Origin: Lachnospiraceae bacterium UBA7188
GTDB lineage: Bacteria; Bacillota; Clostridia; Lachnospirales; Lachnospiraceae
Assembly: GCA_002490995.1 (NCBI GenBank)
Contig: DKVC01000195.1
Coordinates: 1 to 60,232, forward strand
Direction: 5' to 3'
DNA: 60,232 nucleotides
Part shown: piece after piece, positions 50,366 through 60,232 of the stretch
Position numbering within the stretch: position 1 is the first letter of the stretch
How the letters are laid out: each line of letters opens with the position of its first letter
Notes under the pieces: model-generated
The model's input: the letters and a program-made list of their open reading frames with translations, nothing else
What the model was told of the DNA's origin: nothing
The model's database searches: none
Translations under genes and position numbers: made by a program

Positions 50366-50394
50366 TTGTGCCGGGATGTATGTGATGATATAAT
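50366..50394 (+). promoter_or_regulatory. Putative sigma-A promoter of the PIN pair
   Basis: TTGTGC, 17 bp, TGnTATAAT. Confidence 0.5.
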
Positions 50395-50464
50395 AGGTTA
50401 TGGAAAGATGTTATTTGTAGTGCATGCTGAGTATACGATAACTATCAGGAGGGATGGATAGTAT

Positions 50465-50707
50465 ATGACATTGGTAAAGGAAAGAGCGATTGAGATGATT
50501 CAGCGTATGCCGGAAGACGATATGTTGTATGTGATTAATATTCTGCAGAACCTGGAGGCAATGACTATTAATAAAGAAAAAGACCGGCTGAGAGCGAGAC
50601 AGGCGCTTATGAATATTCTGAATATGGAGAAAAAATTGCCGGATAATTTTGACATGAAAAAAGAGCTTCAGGAAGCGAGAGAAGAAAAATATGATAATTT
50701 TGGTTGA
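50465..50707 (+). CDS. Putative antitoxin upstream of the PIN gene
   Basis: 80 aa ending KKELQEAREEKY; overlaps the PIN gene start. Confidence 0.65.
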   Translation: MTLVKERAIEMIQRMPEDDMLYVINILQNLEAMTINKEKDRLRARQALMNILNMEKKLPDNFDMKKELQEAREEKYDNFG

Positions 50708-51002
50708 TACAAATATTGATAGCATCCCTAATCTGTTTTATATTTTAAGAAAAGCATACTCCCAGAAAGAGCGGCGGACATTTATAAAAAATCTGTGTGA
50801 TATTTTTCGGATTTCAGACTTAAACGTAGAGAAAATTATAGCGGCTGCCGAAAATGAAGACTTTTCAGATTTTAAGGATTGCCTGCAGGAAGAATGTGCG
50901 GTAGAGGTAATGGCAGACTATATTGTGACAAGGAATCCAGATGATTATAAGGCATCGAGAATCAAGATAATTGAGCCTGGGGAGTTCGTAAAATTACTGT
51001 AG
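50691..51002 (+). pseudogene. PIN-domain (VapC-like) toxin with apparent in-frame internal deletion
   Basis: ILVDTNI jumps directly to SIPNLFYILRK; DFKDCLQ and IVTRNPDDY are present; only 103 aa. Confidence 0.65.
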
Positions 51003-51090
51003 GTGTTTCCAATTTATATTTTTCTGGTGAAAGCGTGGGGATTTGGAAAGTGGCGGGTGGGGAGAGATAGAATCGGGGAGATGAGATATT

Positions 51091-51459
51091 ATGCGGATAC
51101 AAAAAATTCCTTACGATTTTTCGGTGTGCAAAGCGGCAGATTATTCGCTGGTAGATTTGTCTGCGGAATATTGCTTTACCGGCAGGACAGAGGAGGAGAA
51201 TTCTCTGGTGTGCATTACAGGCAACGTGCCGCCTAATGTGACCCATAGAGAGGACGGGTGGAAAGCGTTCCGGGTCGCGGGGACTTTAGATTTTTCCCTG
51301 ATTGGCATCCTGTCGGAAATCTGCAGGATTTTAGCGGAAAACAGAATCAGCGTATTTGTGATTTCGACTTTTGACACGGACTATATCCTGACGAAAAAAG
51401 AGAATTACCAGAGGGCACTTGCTCTTCTGGAGACTGCCGGGTATGAGATTGTGGGTTGA
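51091..51459 (+). CDS. Small ACT-domain protein
   Basis: LDFSLIGILS...ISVFVISTFDTDYIL. Confidence 0.88.
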   Translation: MRIQKIPYDFSVCKAADYSLVDLSAEYCFTGRTEEENSLVCITGNVPPNVTHREDGWKAFRVAGTLDFSLIGILSEICRILAENRISVFVISTFDTDYILTKKENYQRALALLETAGYEIVG

Positions 51460-51605
51460 TGTATTCCGGAATCCGGACGAATGCTGGCATGTCAGCTTTT
51501 GTATGTGGGATACTGTTTGCAGTGATGCTGAAAAGGAGCAGGACTCTATGGAACCCTATCCTGGCTCATTTTTGTTACGATTGGATGCTGGAAGTGTTCT
51601 TATAA
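51459..51605 (+). pseudogene. C-terminal fragment of a CPBP/CAAX (Abi) intramembrane protease
   Basis: Manual translation AFVCGILFAVMLKRSRTLWNPILAHFCYDW matches the family's final LW..I..H motif. Confidence 0.55.
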
Positions 51606-51823
51606 AAAGGTTCCCGGAATCGCTGCCTTTTATTCGATTCCGGGAATTTTGTCTGCTGAATATTTTCGGTTACCCTCTGACAGAAAAGCTGAAATTATAG
51701 GCTGAAATGGCATGACTCTACTGCCATTCTACCCCTGAAATATGGCACTCTCCTGTGATTCGGTTGCGTGATGAGGGGCATGGAGCGAAAATAGGCTTAA
51801 GATTACAACAGGAGGAAAATCAG

Positions 51824-52594
51824 ATGTTCAATATTGACAAACAGGAATTCGGCACATTCGTGGCCATGCTCCGGAAGGAGAAAGGCATCACTCAGAAGGA
51901 GCTGGCAGAGCGGCTTTTCATATCGGATAAGGCGGTGAGCAAATGGGAGACTGCTGCCAGCGTCCCCAGCATTGATTTGCTGATACCGCTGGCAGATCAG
52001 CTGGGGGTTACGGTGACGGAGCTGTTACTGTGCAGGCGCATGGAACAGGACAACGCGTTGAGCGCGACACAGGTGGAGCAGGTGGTGAAAACGGCCATTT
52101 CCTATTCGGACAAACAGCCCCGGACATATCAAAAAAACAGGAAATGGGGGCTTATCTATATCCTCTCCCTGCTGATTTCCTGCCTTGAATTATGGCTTTC
52201 CTACAGAGCCGGGAGCATCACCATCGTACAGAGTGTAGCTATGGGTATGGGCGCGATTTTCGGGATATATTTTTGCTTTCTGGCAAAGGAAAAGCTGCCG
52301 GCTTATTATGACAAAAACCATATCAGCGCTTATACGGACGGAATATTTGAGATGAACCTGACAGGTCTTTCTCTCAACAATAACAACTGGGGAAAAATAT
52401 TGAATGTCGGGCGTATCTACTCTGTGACGATCATGCTGGCGTATCCAATTATCGGCTATATAGAGACTCAGCTTTTCCCGGGAATCCTGCGGGATATGAT
52501 TGATTTGTATTTCGGTTTATTCCTTACTTTGGGTGGATTCTTCATCCCGATTTATATTGTGGGAAATAAGTATAAAGAAAGGGAATGGCGTTAG
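51824..52594 (+). CDS. XRE HTH regulator with C-terminal membrane domain
   Basis: LRKEKGITQKELAERLFISDKAVSKWE plus four TM segments. Confidence 0.88.
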   Translation: MFNIDKQEFGTFVAMLRKEKGITQKELAERLFISDKAVSKWETAASVPSIDLLIPLADQLGVTVTELLLCRRMEQDNALSATQVEQVVKTAISYSDKQPRTYQKNRKWGLIYILSLLISCLELWLSYRAGSITIVQSVAMGMGAIFGIYFCFLAKEKLPAYYDKNHISAYTDGIFEMNLTGLSLNNNNWGKILNVGRIYSVTIMLAYPIIGYIETQLFPGILRDMIDLYFGLFLTLGGFFIPIYIVGNKYKEREWR

Positions 52595-52664
52595 TCAATT
52601 ATGTGTCGGTGCAACCCGAAACTGCCATAAACACGGCATCTTAATACATACTGCGCACCGGTTA

Positions 52665-52943
52665 CTGATCAACGGAGTCCATGCCGCCAATTGCCATGAT
52701 ATCTGTACCCAGGCGGCCAGGAAGGAGTGGGGCTTTGACGGCGTAATCATGACGGACTGGACGACGACTATGGCGGGGGACGGCTGCATGCGCGCCGGAA
52801 ACGATCTGGTGATGCCCGGAAGCGCCTCCGACCATGAAAATATGAAAAAGGAACTGGAGCAGGGAACCCTGACGGAAGAGACGCTCCGGGGATGCATTAC
52901 TAGGCTGATGAGAGTCATTCTGCGTTCCGGCTTATATGGGTAA
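52665..52943 (+). pseudogene. C-terminal fragment of a GH3 beta-glucosidase
   Basis: LINGVHAAN...RKEWGFDGVIMTDW...AGNDLVMPG. Confidence 0.8.
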
Positions 52944-53037
52944 GGAAATGGCCGCAAATAACTGCTGCAAGTTTGTGTGAATCCACAGTAAACCCCCAGA
53001 CCTTTATGCGAGGTGGACGGAAGGAGAGGGGCTTCCC

Positions 53038-54753
53038 ATGAGAAAGGAGCTTCCCATGGAAGTCCATATGGTTCTGATACCTCTTATCCTATTGCTGGGA
53101 ATTGTGATTTTTAAGCAGATGATACCATCTGTCACAAACCTGGTCAATGCATCGGCACAGAACCGCTTGAAGATTGTATTAAGGAACCGGTTCATGAAAA
53201 AGCAGGCCGCGCTTCAATACAGGTACATGGAGGATAATGAGTCCTGCGCATTGATATACCGCGTCTGTGAGGATGTAGAAAATCGTTTTTGGAGTGGCTG
53301 TCGGACGGTCTGTAGTGGAATTGAGCTGGTAGTAAAATGCGCAGCTTTGATGAGCATTGTCATGGGGGTAAGCGTTCTGAGCGGTGTAGCGATTTTAACG
53401 GTGAGCGTACCGCTTTTTTACCTGGCATATAGAACCGGTAAACAGAATTATGTCCTTCAAAAAGATGCAGTGGAGACAAAAAGACGAACCGACTATCTGG
53501 CAGCGATTCTGTCGGACAGAGACCATGCAAAAGAGCGGATAATGTTCGGCTATTCGAAAGAGATAGAGAAGGAATATGACAGGCTCAGCGATTATGCGAA
53601 CGAAAAAGAGGCTGCCATCGAGAAGAAAAGATATGCCAATATGAAAAGCGGATCGCTGACCATGGTTCTGCTGGCGGTGATCATCATGCTGCTGCTTTTG
53701 CCCGCTTTAAGCAGCGGAAAGCTGTCAAACGGATTATATGTAGGCCTTGTGACATCCATTTTAAACCTTGTCTAGGGCATGTCGTGGAATCTGGCGGGAA
53801 TCATGCAGGGAATTGCGGATGTCAATGCGTATCTGCGTGATGTGGAAATATTCCTGGGCATGGAGGAAAAAGTGGATGCCGATGCCAGGCCGTTGAAAAT
53901 CCCGGGATTCCAGGTGGAGACGATTGAATTCAGAAGGGTATCTTTCAGATATCCGGGAGGGGACAGGTATGTGCTGAAGGATTGCTCCTTCATGCTTCAG
54001 GGAAATAAATGCTATGCGGTAGTGGGTAAAAACGGCGCGGGCAAATCCACCCTCACGAAATTGCTGACCGGACTGTATGAGGATTACGAGGGGGAGATTC
54101 TGATCAACGGAAAAGACCTGCGGGAATACCGATATGGAGAATTGAAGTGGATGTTCTCCGTAGTGTTCCAGGATTTTGCACGATACGCGCTGTCCTTCCG
54201 GGAGAATATTCTGGTGGGAAATGTGGGTGGCAATGAGGAGCATTCCCATACGCAGTTTCTGGAACAGATTATAGATAAACTGGAATTGAAATCCTGTGTA
54301 CAGAAACTGCCAGGGGGGTTGGATACTCGGCTGGGAAAACTGGACAGGGACGGCGTGGATCTGTCCGGAGGGCAGTGGCAGAAACTGGCCATTGCAAGGC
54401 TTCTGTACAGCGATGCTCCTGTCAATATCCTCGATGAGCCCACGGCGGCATTGGATCCCAGGGGAGAAGCGAAGGTGTACGAGATGTTCCGGCAGGTCAC
54501 AATGGAGAGAGGGCAATCCACGGAAGGAGTGCACTCCATGAAAGATATGCACACAATGGAAGAGGCGTACTCCATGGAGAAGTTCACGATTCTGATCACC
54601 TACAGATTGGGAGCCGCTCGCATGGCAGATGAGATTCTGGTATTGGATCAGGGAAGAATCATCGAACAGGGTACACACGAAGGTCTGATCCAATCGGAAA
54701 ATGGGCTTTATAAGGAGATGTTCGACAGCCAGAGGTGTTGGTATGAGACATAA
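53038..54753 (+). pseudogene. ABC exporter (TMD-NBD) interrupted by in-frame TAG (53773-53775); H-loop reads Tyr
   Basis: ORFs 53038-53775 and 53779-54753 share one frame; GKNGAGKST, LSGGQWQK, ILDEPTAALD; ITYRL instead of ITHRL. Confidence 0.8.
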
Positions 54754-56512
54754 AAAGAGACATAGAAATTTTGTTGCCAACAATTTAGTGGGACTAAGGC
54801 TTCTGTACAGAATGTTCCCCGGAGGCATCCTTTTCTATTCGGTATTGCAGATGCTCCACGGGGTATCCTGGGTCTTGCAGGTTATGAGTGTACAGTATTT
54901 TTTTGACGGGATTTCGGGAAAAGAAGGCGCAATCCCGCCTCTTGCCATCAAGATATTGCTGTTAGGAGCCGCATATGCTTTTGCGCAGACCATGAATGGG
55001 GTCGCCAACTGTTACGGGCAGATTCTGAACCGAAAAGTCACAAAAGAAACAAAAAAGATTTTATTTCATACGATTGACCGAAAAGAGGCAATCGCTTTTG
55101 AGTACGCAGAAGAACTGGATCAGATGAACAAGGCTGTCCGTGGTTCCGAAGGGGTATTCTGGGTCAGCACCACTATTTTGGATATCCTGTTTTTCTATGT
55201 TTTTTATTTTGCAGTGATGAGCTGGTATCTGTTTTCCCTGGCGCCGCTCCTTGGCATCAGCACAATCATTATTTTCATACCGAATGTGATAGCCAGGCTG
55301 CTTCATATGATATCCTTTGAACATCTGGAAAACGAAGCCGCGCCTGTCCGGAGAAAGACAGATTATTATGCGGACTGCATCGTCGGAAAGGAGTATTATA
55401 AGGAGACCCGCCTGTGGGGATGCGGCAAATACTTCCTTGACAGATACAATAGGATGTTGAAGAAGCTGAATGGGCTGCATTTCCGGATGCAGATACGAAA
55501 GGAGAAAATCAATTTCTGTATTAATGTCCTGACTGTGTCGGCTTATGGCATAATCATTGGGATGCTGGTCTATTATGTCTTGACGGACGCAATTTCCGTA
55601 GGCGCTTTTGCGGCGGTCTTTGCTGCGCTGCGGGAGTTTTATGGGTTCATGGATGAAGTGATATCGGAGCGTCTGGCCATATCCATAGAAAATATGGCAA
55701 CAGTCAGGAACTTTTTTGCGTTTATAGAGGACAACAGGGAAGAGCGTGAACAGATCAATCTGCCCGAAAGATTTGAGATTCGGCTGGATCACGTGTCCTT
55801 CGCCTATCCACAGCCGGAGACAGGGGAACGAAAATATGTGCTTTCGGATATAAATTTAAGGATTCCCTGGGGACAGACGGTCGCTTTGGTAGGGGAAAAC
55901 GGCAGCGGGAAAAGCACGCTGTGTCATATCATTGCGGGACTATATTCCCCTACGGAGGGAACGGTCTCTTACGGAGAAGAGCAGAGAGGGGCCGGACGGA
56001 TCGTAAAGGGGATATCCGCAGTTTTCCAGAAGTTCTGCCGATACAGTATGTCTCTGGGGGAGAATATCAGAATCAGCGACCTGGACGGGGATAAGTCTGA
56101 GGACAGGCTGCGTCAGATCTGTAAAGACGTTGGCGTAGCCCCTGAGTGGGTCGGCGGGATAGACGGCATGCTGGGAAGGGAGTTCGGAGGAACGGAAGTT
56201 TCTGGCGGTCAATGGCAGCGAATCGCCATTGCAAGAGGGATATACCGTAACAACAGCCTTCTGATTCTGGACGAGCCTACGGCTGCCATAGACGCTCTGG
56301 AGGAGAAGTATCTATACGAGGAATTCGGTAAATTGTCGCGTAATTGTACTTCCATCATTGTGACCCACCGGCTGGCTTCCGCCCAGATCGCTGACAGGAT
56401 TCTGGTGATTAAGGATGGGCGTATTTTGCAAGACGGCAGCCACGATGAGTTGATTGCGGTGCAGGGTGAATATAGGGCAATGTATGAACTTCAGAGCCAG
56501 TGGTATCAATAG
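54743..56512 (+). CDS. ABC exporter ATP-binding/permease, partner half
   Basis: TMD plus GENGSGKST, VSGGQWQR, ILDEPTAAID, VTHRL. Confidence 0.9.
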   Translation: MRHKKRHRNFVANNLVGLRLLYRMFPGGILFYSVLQMLHGVSWVLQVMSVQYFFDGISGKEGAIPPLAIKILLLGAAYAFAQTMNGVANCYGQILNRKVTKETKKILFHTIDRKEAIAFEYAEELDQMNKAVRGSEGVFWVSTTILDILFFYVFYFAVMSWYLFSLAPLLGISTIIIFIPNVIARLLHMISFEHLENEAAPVRRKTDYYADCIVGKEYYKETRLWGCGKYFLDRYNRMLKKLNGLHFRMQIRKEKINFCINVLTVSAYGIIIGMLVYYVLTDAISVGAFAAVFAALREFYGFMDEVISERLAISIENMATVRNFFAFIEDNREEREQINLPERFEIRLDHVSFAYPQPETGERKYVLSDINLRIPWGQTVALVGENGSGKSTLCHIIAGLYSPTEGTVSYGEEQRGAGRIVKGISAVFQKFCRYSMSLGENIRISDLDGDKSEDRLRQICKDVGVAPEWVGGIDGMLGREFGGTEVSGGQWQRIAIARGIYRNNSLLILDEPTAAIDALEEKYLYEEFGKLSRNCTSIIVTHRLASAQIADRILVIKDGRILQDGSHDELIAVQGEYRAMYELQSQWYQ

Positions 56513-56689
56513 ACGAACCAAATATTGCATCCCTGCACAGCGTCCGCATCCCGGTGGAGCGTTCTGTGGCGCTGCTGAAGTGGGAGATGGTGGGTGAGAG
56601 GATATGGACTTGAGATTTATCTGCACATTATACGCATTCTTCACAGAAATCACAAAATAACATGCTATGCTTATCCCGGAGGTGGTACC

Positions 56690-57361
56690 ATGGAAAGGAT
56701 TTTGATCGTGGAGGATGATTTCGATATCCAGGAGCTTCTGCAGAACTTTTTACAGGAAGCGTGCTATCAGACCGCCGTGGCAAAGGATGGCGTGGAGGCG
56801 GTGAGCCTGTTCTCAAAGGAGCGGTTCGATTTGATATTGCTGGACATCATGCTGCCCAAAATCGACGGTTTTACGGTCTGTGAGCTGATACGCAGACAAT
56901 CCCAGATTCCCATCATCATGCTGACCGCACTGAGCGGCGAGGAGGAGCAGATACGGGGGCTGGATCTGCAAGTGGACGATTATATCACGAAACCGTTCTC
57001 CATGCCCGTGCTGGTGCGGAAGATAGCGGCTGTCCTGAGGCGTAGCGGCTGCGGACAGGAGGATAGGCACCAGACGCTTGTATACCGGAACCTTGTCCTG
57101 GATCTGGACAGCTATCTGGCCGCGGTGGACGGCAGAGAGTACGAGCTGACCCAGAGGGAGTTCGAGATACTGCGGGAGCTGCTGGCCCACCAGGGACGGG
57201 TGATGACGCGGCAGAATCTGTTGGACAAGCTGTGGCGGTATGACTTTTACGGGGACGAGCGGGTGGTGGATACGCATATCAAAAATCTGCGGAAGAAGCT
57301 GGGGATTGACTTTATCCAGACAATCAGAGGGGTGGGATATAAGATTGAGAGAGAAAATTAA
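56690..57361 (+). CDS. OmpR-family response regulator
   Basis: ILIVEDD, LLDIMLP, DDYITKPF, RVVDTHIKNLRKKL, TIRGVGY. Confidence 0.95.
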   Translation: MERILIVEDDFDIQELLQNFLQEACYQTAVAKDGVEAVSLFSKERFDLILLDIMLPKIDGFTVCELIRRQSQIPIIMLTALSGEEEQIRGLDLQVDDYITKPFSMPVLVRKIAAVLRRSGCGQEDRHQTLVYRNLVLDLDSYLAAVDGREYELTQREFEILRELLAHQGRVMTRQNLLDKLWRYDFYGDERVVDTHIKNLRKKLGIDFIQTIRGVGYKIEREN

Positions 57362-58901
57362 GGGCAGCCTGTTCGCGAAAGTCTTCCTCATTACCCTGGT
57401 AATGCTGTTTGGCCTGTCACTGCTGGTCTTCGGCCTGTTGGCCTGGCTGATGCCCCAGACTTATTCCAATAAACTGAACGCCTTGTTGGACGAACAGACA
57501 TTAAGCTTCCTCTCTGAGCTGGAAAAAGTGTCTTTCGCAGACAGCGGGGGGCTGTTCGACCAGTTTGCCCGGAACATGGAGATCTATTCTATGGAGCTGT
57601 ATGACGAAAACGGTGTCTTCGTTCCGCTGCCCTCCGCACAAGCCTCTGCTGAGTATGGGGAACGGGGGTTGGCAGGATATGGGGAAGTGGGCTATGCCGG
57701 GTATGGAGAAACCAGTCATGCAAGTAATGGGGGAGCAGGTTATGCCAGGTATGGAGAAGCGGGCTATACAGCCGGGTATGGGGAAGTGAGCATTGCGCTA
57801 TCTGCAGAAGACGATTTCGGAGAGGACACGCCTGTCCTATGCAATCAGTATTATTTTTCTTTTGCGGACAGCAAGGAACGCTACATGCTTCTTGTGTATG
57901 GAAAAGCAGGGCAGATTGCGGAACTGCAGCAGGCTTTTCTGCGCGTGTTTCCGCTGCTGGCGGCTGTGATTTTTCTGGTTTCCCTGATGGTCTCGTGGAT
58001 TTATTCCAGGATGATCACAAAACCGGTTTTGGAAATCAGCCGCGTATCGGAGCGGATGTCCGGTCTGGATTTAGAATGGCAGGTGGACGGGCAGCGGACG
58101 GATGAGCTTGGGACGCTGGGAAAAAGCCTGAACAAGTTGTCACAGAATCTGCGGGCGGCGCTGGCGGATCTGAGGAAAGCGAATGCGGAGCTGGAGGCCG
58201 ACATCCGGCGGGAAAAGGCACTGGAGCAGGCCCAGATAGATTTCTTCGCCGCCGCGTCCCATGAGCTGAAGACGCCTATCACGGTCATCAGGGGTCAGCT
58301 GGAGGGCATGCTTCTGGGGATAGGGGCATACAAAGACAGGGAAAAATACCTTCTGCGGTCATTGGGAGTCACCCATACCCTGGAATCCATGGTCTATGAC
58401 CTGCTGACGATTTCAAGATTACAGGCTTCGGATTCCGGTTTCAGGACGGAGAAGATTGACTGTGTTCCTGTAATACGGAAGTATCTGGCCGACACGGAAG
58501 ATCTGATTGCGGGCAAGGACTTGCAGATAGACTGGCATTTCCCGGATTCCGTCCTCGTAGATGCCAACAGAATCCTGATGGAAAAAGTGTTCTCCAATCT
58601 GATTGGGAACGCCGTGAAATACGCTCCCTCGGAAGCGGCAGTCCATATCACCGCCCGGGAGCGGCAGGGCAGATGGCTGTTTTCCATAGAGAACACGGGC
58701 ACGCATATTCCGGAGGAAGCCATTCCGAAGCTGTTCGAAGCGTTTTACCGGGTGGACACATCCCGCAGCCGCCAGACCGGGGGGAGCGGCCTGGGGCTTT
58801 ATATCGTACAGAAAATCCTACAGCAGCATGGCAGCCACTGTGACGTCCGCAACACGGAGGAGGGCGTGGAATTCTTCTTCGAGCTTCCGCAGAGTGTGTA
58901 A
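57345..58901 (+). CDS. HAMP-containing sensor histidine kinase
   Basis: Two TM segments, HAMP, ASHELKTP, NLIGNAVKY, GGSGLGL; TTG start overlapping the regulator (start inferred). Confidence 0.92.
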   Translation: MREKIKGSLFAKVFLITLVMLFGLSLLVFGLLAWLMPQTYSNKLNALLDEQTLSFLSELEKVSFADSGGLFDQFARNMEIYSMELYDENGVFVPLPSAQASAEYGERGLAGYGEVGYAGYGETSHASNGGAGYARYGEAGYTAGYGEVSIALSAEDDFGEDTPVLCNQYYFSFADSKERYMLLVYGKAGQIAELQQAFLRVFPLLAAVIFLVSLMVSWIYSRMITKPVLEISRVSERMSGLDLEWQVDGQRTDELGTLGKSLNKLSQNLRAALADLRKANAELEADIRREKALEQAQIDFFAAASHELKTPITVIRGQLEGMLLGIGAYKDREKYLLRSLGVTHTLESMVYDLLTISRLQASDSGFRTEKIDCVPVIRKYLADTEDLIAGKDLQIDWHFPDSVLVDANRILMEKVFSNLIGNAVKYAPSEAAVHITARERQGRWLFSIENTGTHIPEEAIPKLFEAFYRVDTSRSRQTGGSGLGLYIVQKILQQHGSHCDVRNTEEGVEFFFELPQSV

Positions 58902-59036
58902 ACGGAGCGTATATACAAATTCTTTTTTGCGTCTGCATATACAAAACAGGAAAGGCATGCTATACTGGAATGCGTTACAAACTCCGCTTTGGAAAGGAGG
59001 CGATTGACATGAAAGCATATCAGAAGAATATGAGTC

Positions 59037-59921
59037 GTGATAAATCCGAAAAATATGAGGGGAGCGGTCTATCCTTATCTTTGGCAGGGAAACAGGCGGT
59101 TTCTGCGCCTTTCCCCTGTACCGGAGAAGATGGAAGGCAACCTGAAAGGAGAATTGGAATTCCTGTGCTATCTGCAGAGCAGGAATTATCCCGCCGTAGT
59201 TCCGGTAGCATCCAATTCCGGTGAGCTTGTTGTCACCCTTAATTCCATTTGGGGAAAATATTACGCCAGCGTTTTCAAGGGCGTTGACGGAATTCCCATT
59301 GAAGACACCGACTGCAACGATTTTCTCCTGTTTGCGTATGGAAAGGCGTTGGGGCAGCTCCATGCACTGTCTGCTGAATATGTTCCGGAAAACAGGAAAT
59401 GGACATACCGTGATGTGCTGTCATGGATTGGGAGAGTGCTGGAAGAATACCGTGCCCCGGACAAAATGCTGACAGAGATGGAAAATGTCCGCCGGGCATT
59501 GGATGAGCTGCCGCAGACAGATGATGCTTTCGGGTTGGTTCATTATGATTTTGAACCGGATAATGTGTTTTGGGATGAAGACAGCCAGTGCTGTACCGCC
59601 ATTGATTTTGAGGACGGTATGTACCACTTTTTTCTGGTGGATTTGGAGCAGGCTCTGGATGCGCTGTCAGAAATCGTCCCCCCGGACAGGCAGTCAGCCG
59701 CGGAAAGCGCTTTTCTGCGAGGATACAGAAGTGTAAAGACATTAGAGGCTGATTATGCTGGAAAAATAAAACTGATGCGGCGATTCTGTGACTTGTATTC
59801 TTATGCAAGACTGATTCGCTGTGTTGCTGAGGAGATTTCAGATGAACCGGATTGGATGGCCAGTCTGAGGGAGAGGCTCCATGGGAAAATCAAGCTTTTG
59901 GAAAGCGGCATATCTGGATAA
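59037..59921 (+). CDS. APH/homoserine-kinase-II-like phosphotransferase (5' end probably damaged)
   Basis: GLVHYDFEPDN and IDFED motifs; the strong RBS and ATG at 59009 are in a different frame. Confidence 0.75.
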   Translation: MINPKNMRGAVYPYLWQGNRRFLRLSPVPEKMEGNLKGELEFLCYLQSRNYPAVVPVASNSGELVVTLNSIWGKYYASVFKGVDGIPIEDTDCNDFLLFAYGKALGQLHALSAEYVPENRKWTYRDVLSWIGRVLEEYRAPDKMLTEMENVRRALDELPQTDDAFGLVHYDFEPDNVFWDEDSQCCTAIDFEDGMYHFFLVDLEQALDALSEIVPPDRQSAAESAFLRGYRSVKTLEADYAGKIKLMRRFCDLYSYARLIRCVAEEISDEPDWMASLRERLHGKIKLLESGISG

Positions 59922-60037
59922 GCGCCAGGCTTGAAAGGTGACATACCGCTGAATGTGGTCAGGTTCTCTCTGAACCTGGCATAAATGAAATAGCCAAAGT
60001 TCAGAAAGGACCTCCACTTAAGCGCGCATCCCCTTTC

Positions 60038-60202
60038 TTACCAATACTGCTTTACCGTTTCGCTGGATTCATTTTCAGATAATTGGAATCTCTCCGCAAT
60101 CCGCTTTATCGTCTCTACCAAAGAGATGCCTAAATCTTTATATGTCTCCACTGCACCTTTAATTTCGCTTTCTTCTCGCATCTGTTGGATTGCCGAACAC
60201 AT
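60038..60202 (-). CDS. 54-aa protein resembling the C-terminal part of Rpn-family (PD-(D/E)XK transposase-like) proteins
   Basis: Manual translation MCSAIQQMREESEIKGAVETYKDLGISLVETIKRIAERFQLSENESSETVKQYW*; AGGAG 8 nt upstream of the ATG. Confidence 0.6.
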   Translation of the reverse strand: MCSAIQQMREESEIKGAVETYKDLGISLVETIKRIAERFQLSENESSETVKQYW

Positions 60203-60232
60203 GTTCACATCTCCTAGTATAATAATGATATA

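Noticed and set aside
56690-58901. vanRS glycopeptide-resistance locus
   Set aside because: Generic OmpR/HK pair with no vanH, vanA, vanX or vanY genes nearby

Overview
Chromosomal segment of a Firmicute; the gene set and order suggest a gut Lachnospiraceae-type organism (inference). 1-9.4 kb is a conserved core block: amidase 3' end, uvrC, hprK, ROK glucokinase, murB, rapZ, whiA, a Crh-like HPr with His15 replaced by Met, a lipid kinase and fba. The most striking unexplained structure is at 9.4-10.2 kb: two convergent, paralogous ~105-nt small-RNA-like units. Their 76-bp promoters align without gaps and carry 11-bp-periodic boxes, their 3' hairpins covary, and both carry anti-start-codon (AACUUUUUCAU) and anti-Shine-Dalgarno (AUCCUCC) segments, like the CiaR-controlled csRNAs of streptococci. 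Next come a GNAT-phosphotransferase fusion, an AT-rich XRE islet, cyclophilin, hflKC, a LytTR/GHKL pair, a lipoprotein-MBOAT-DHHW O-acylation module, an MqsR-like/Panacea toxin-antitoxin pair with a broken toxin, a HAD hydrolase and rsmA. 27.4-44.5 kb is an AraC-linked locus for uronic-acid glycan use: GH43, esterase, GH88, GH28-like, GH31, two heparinase II/III-type lyases and remnants of a sugar ABC importer. 44.5-60 kb is a decaying accessory region with an ECF sigma/anti-sigma/ABC exporter operon, a PIN pair, several gene fragments, ABC exporters, an OmpR/HK pair, a phosphotransferase and a small Rpn C-terminal ORF. Recurring themes are deletion scars, two in-frame TAG codons both in CTAGG context, in-frame tandem-repeat insertions in proteins and dispersed REP-like repeats. 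No rRNA, tRNA, CRISPR array or intact transposase was seen. All family calls come from motif recognition, not database searches.
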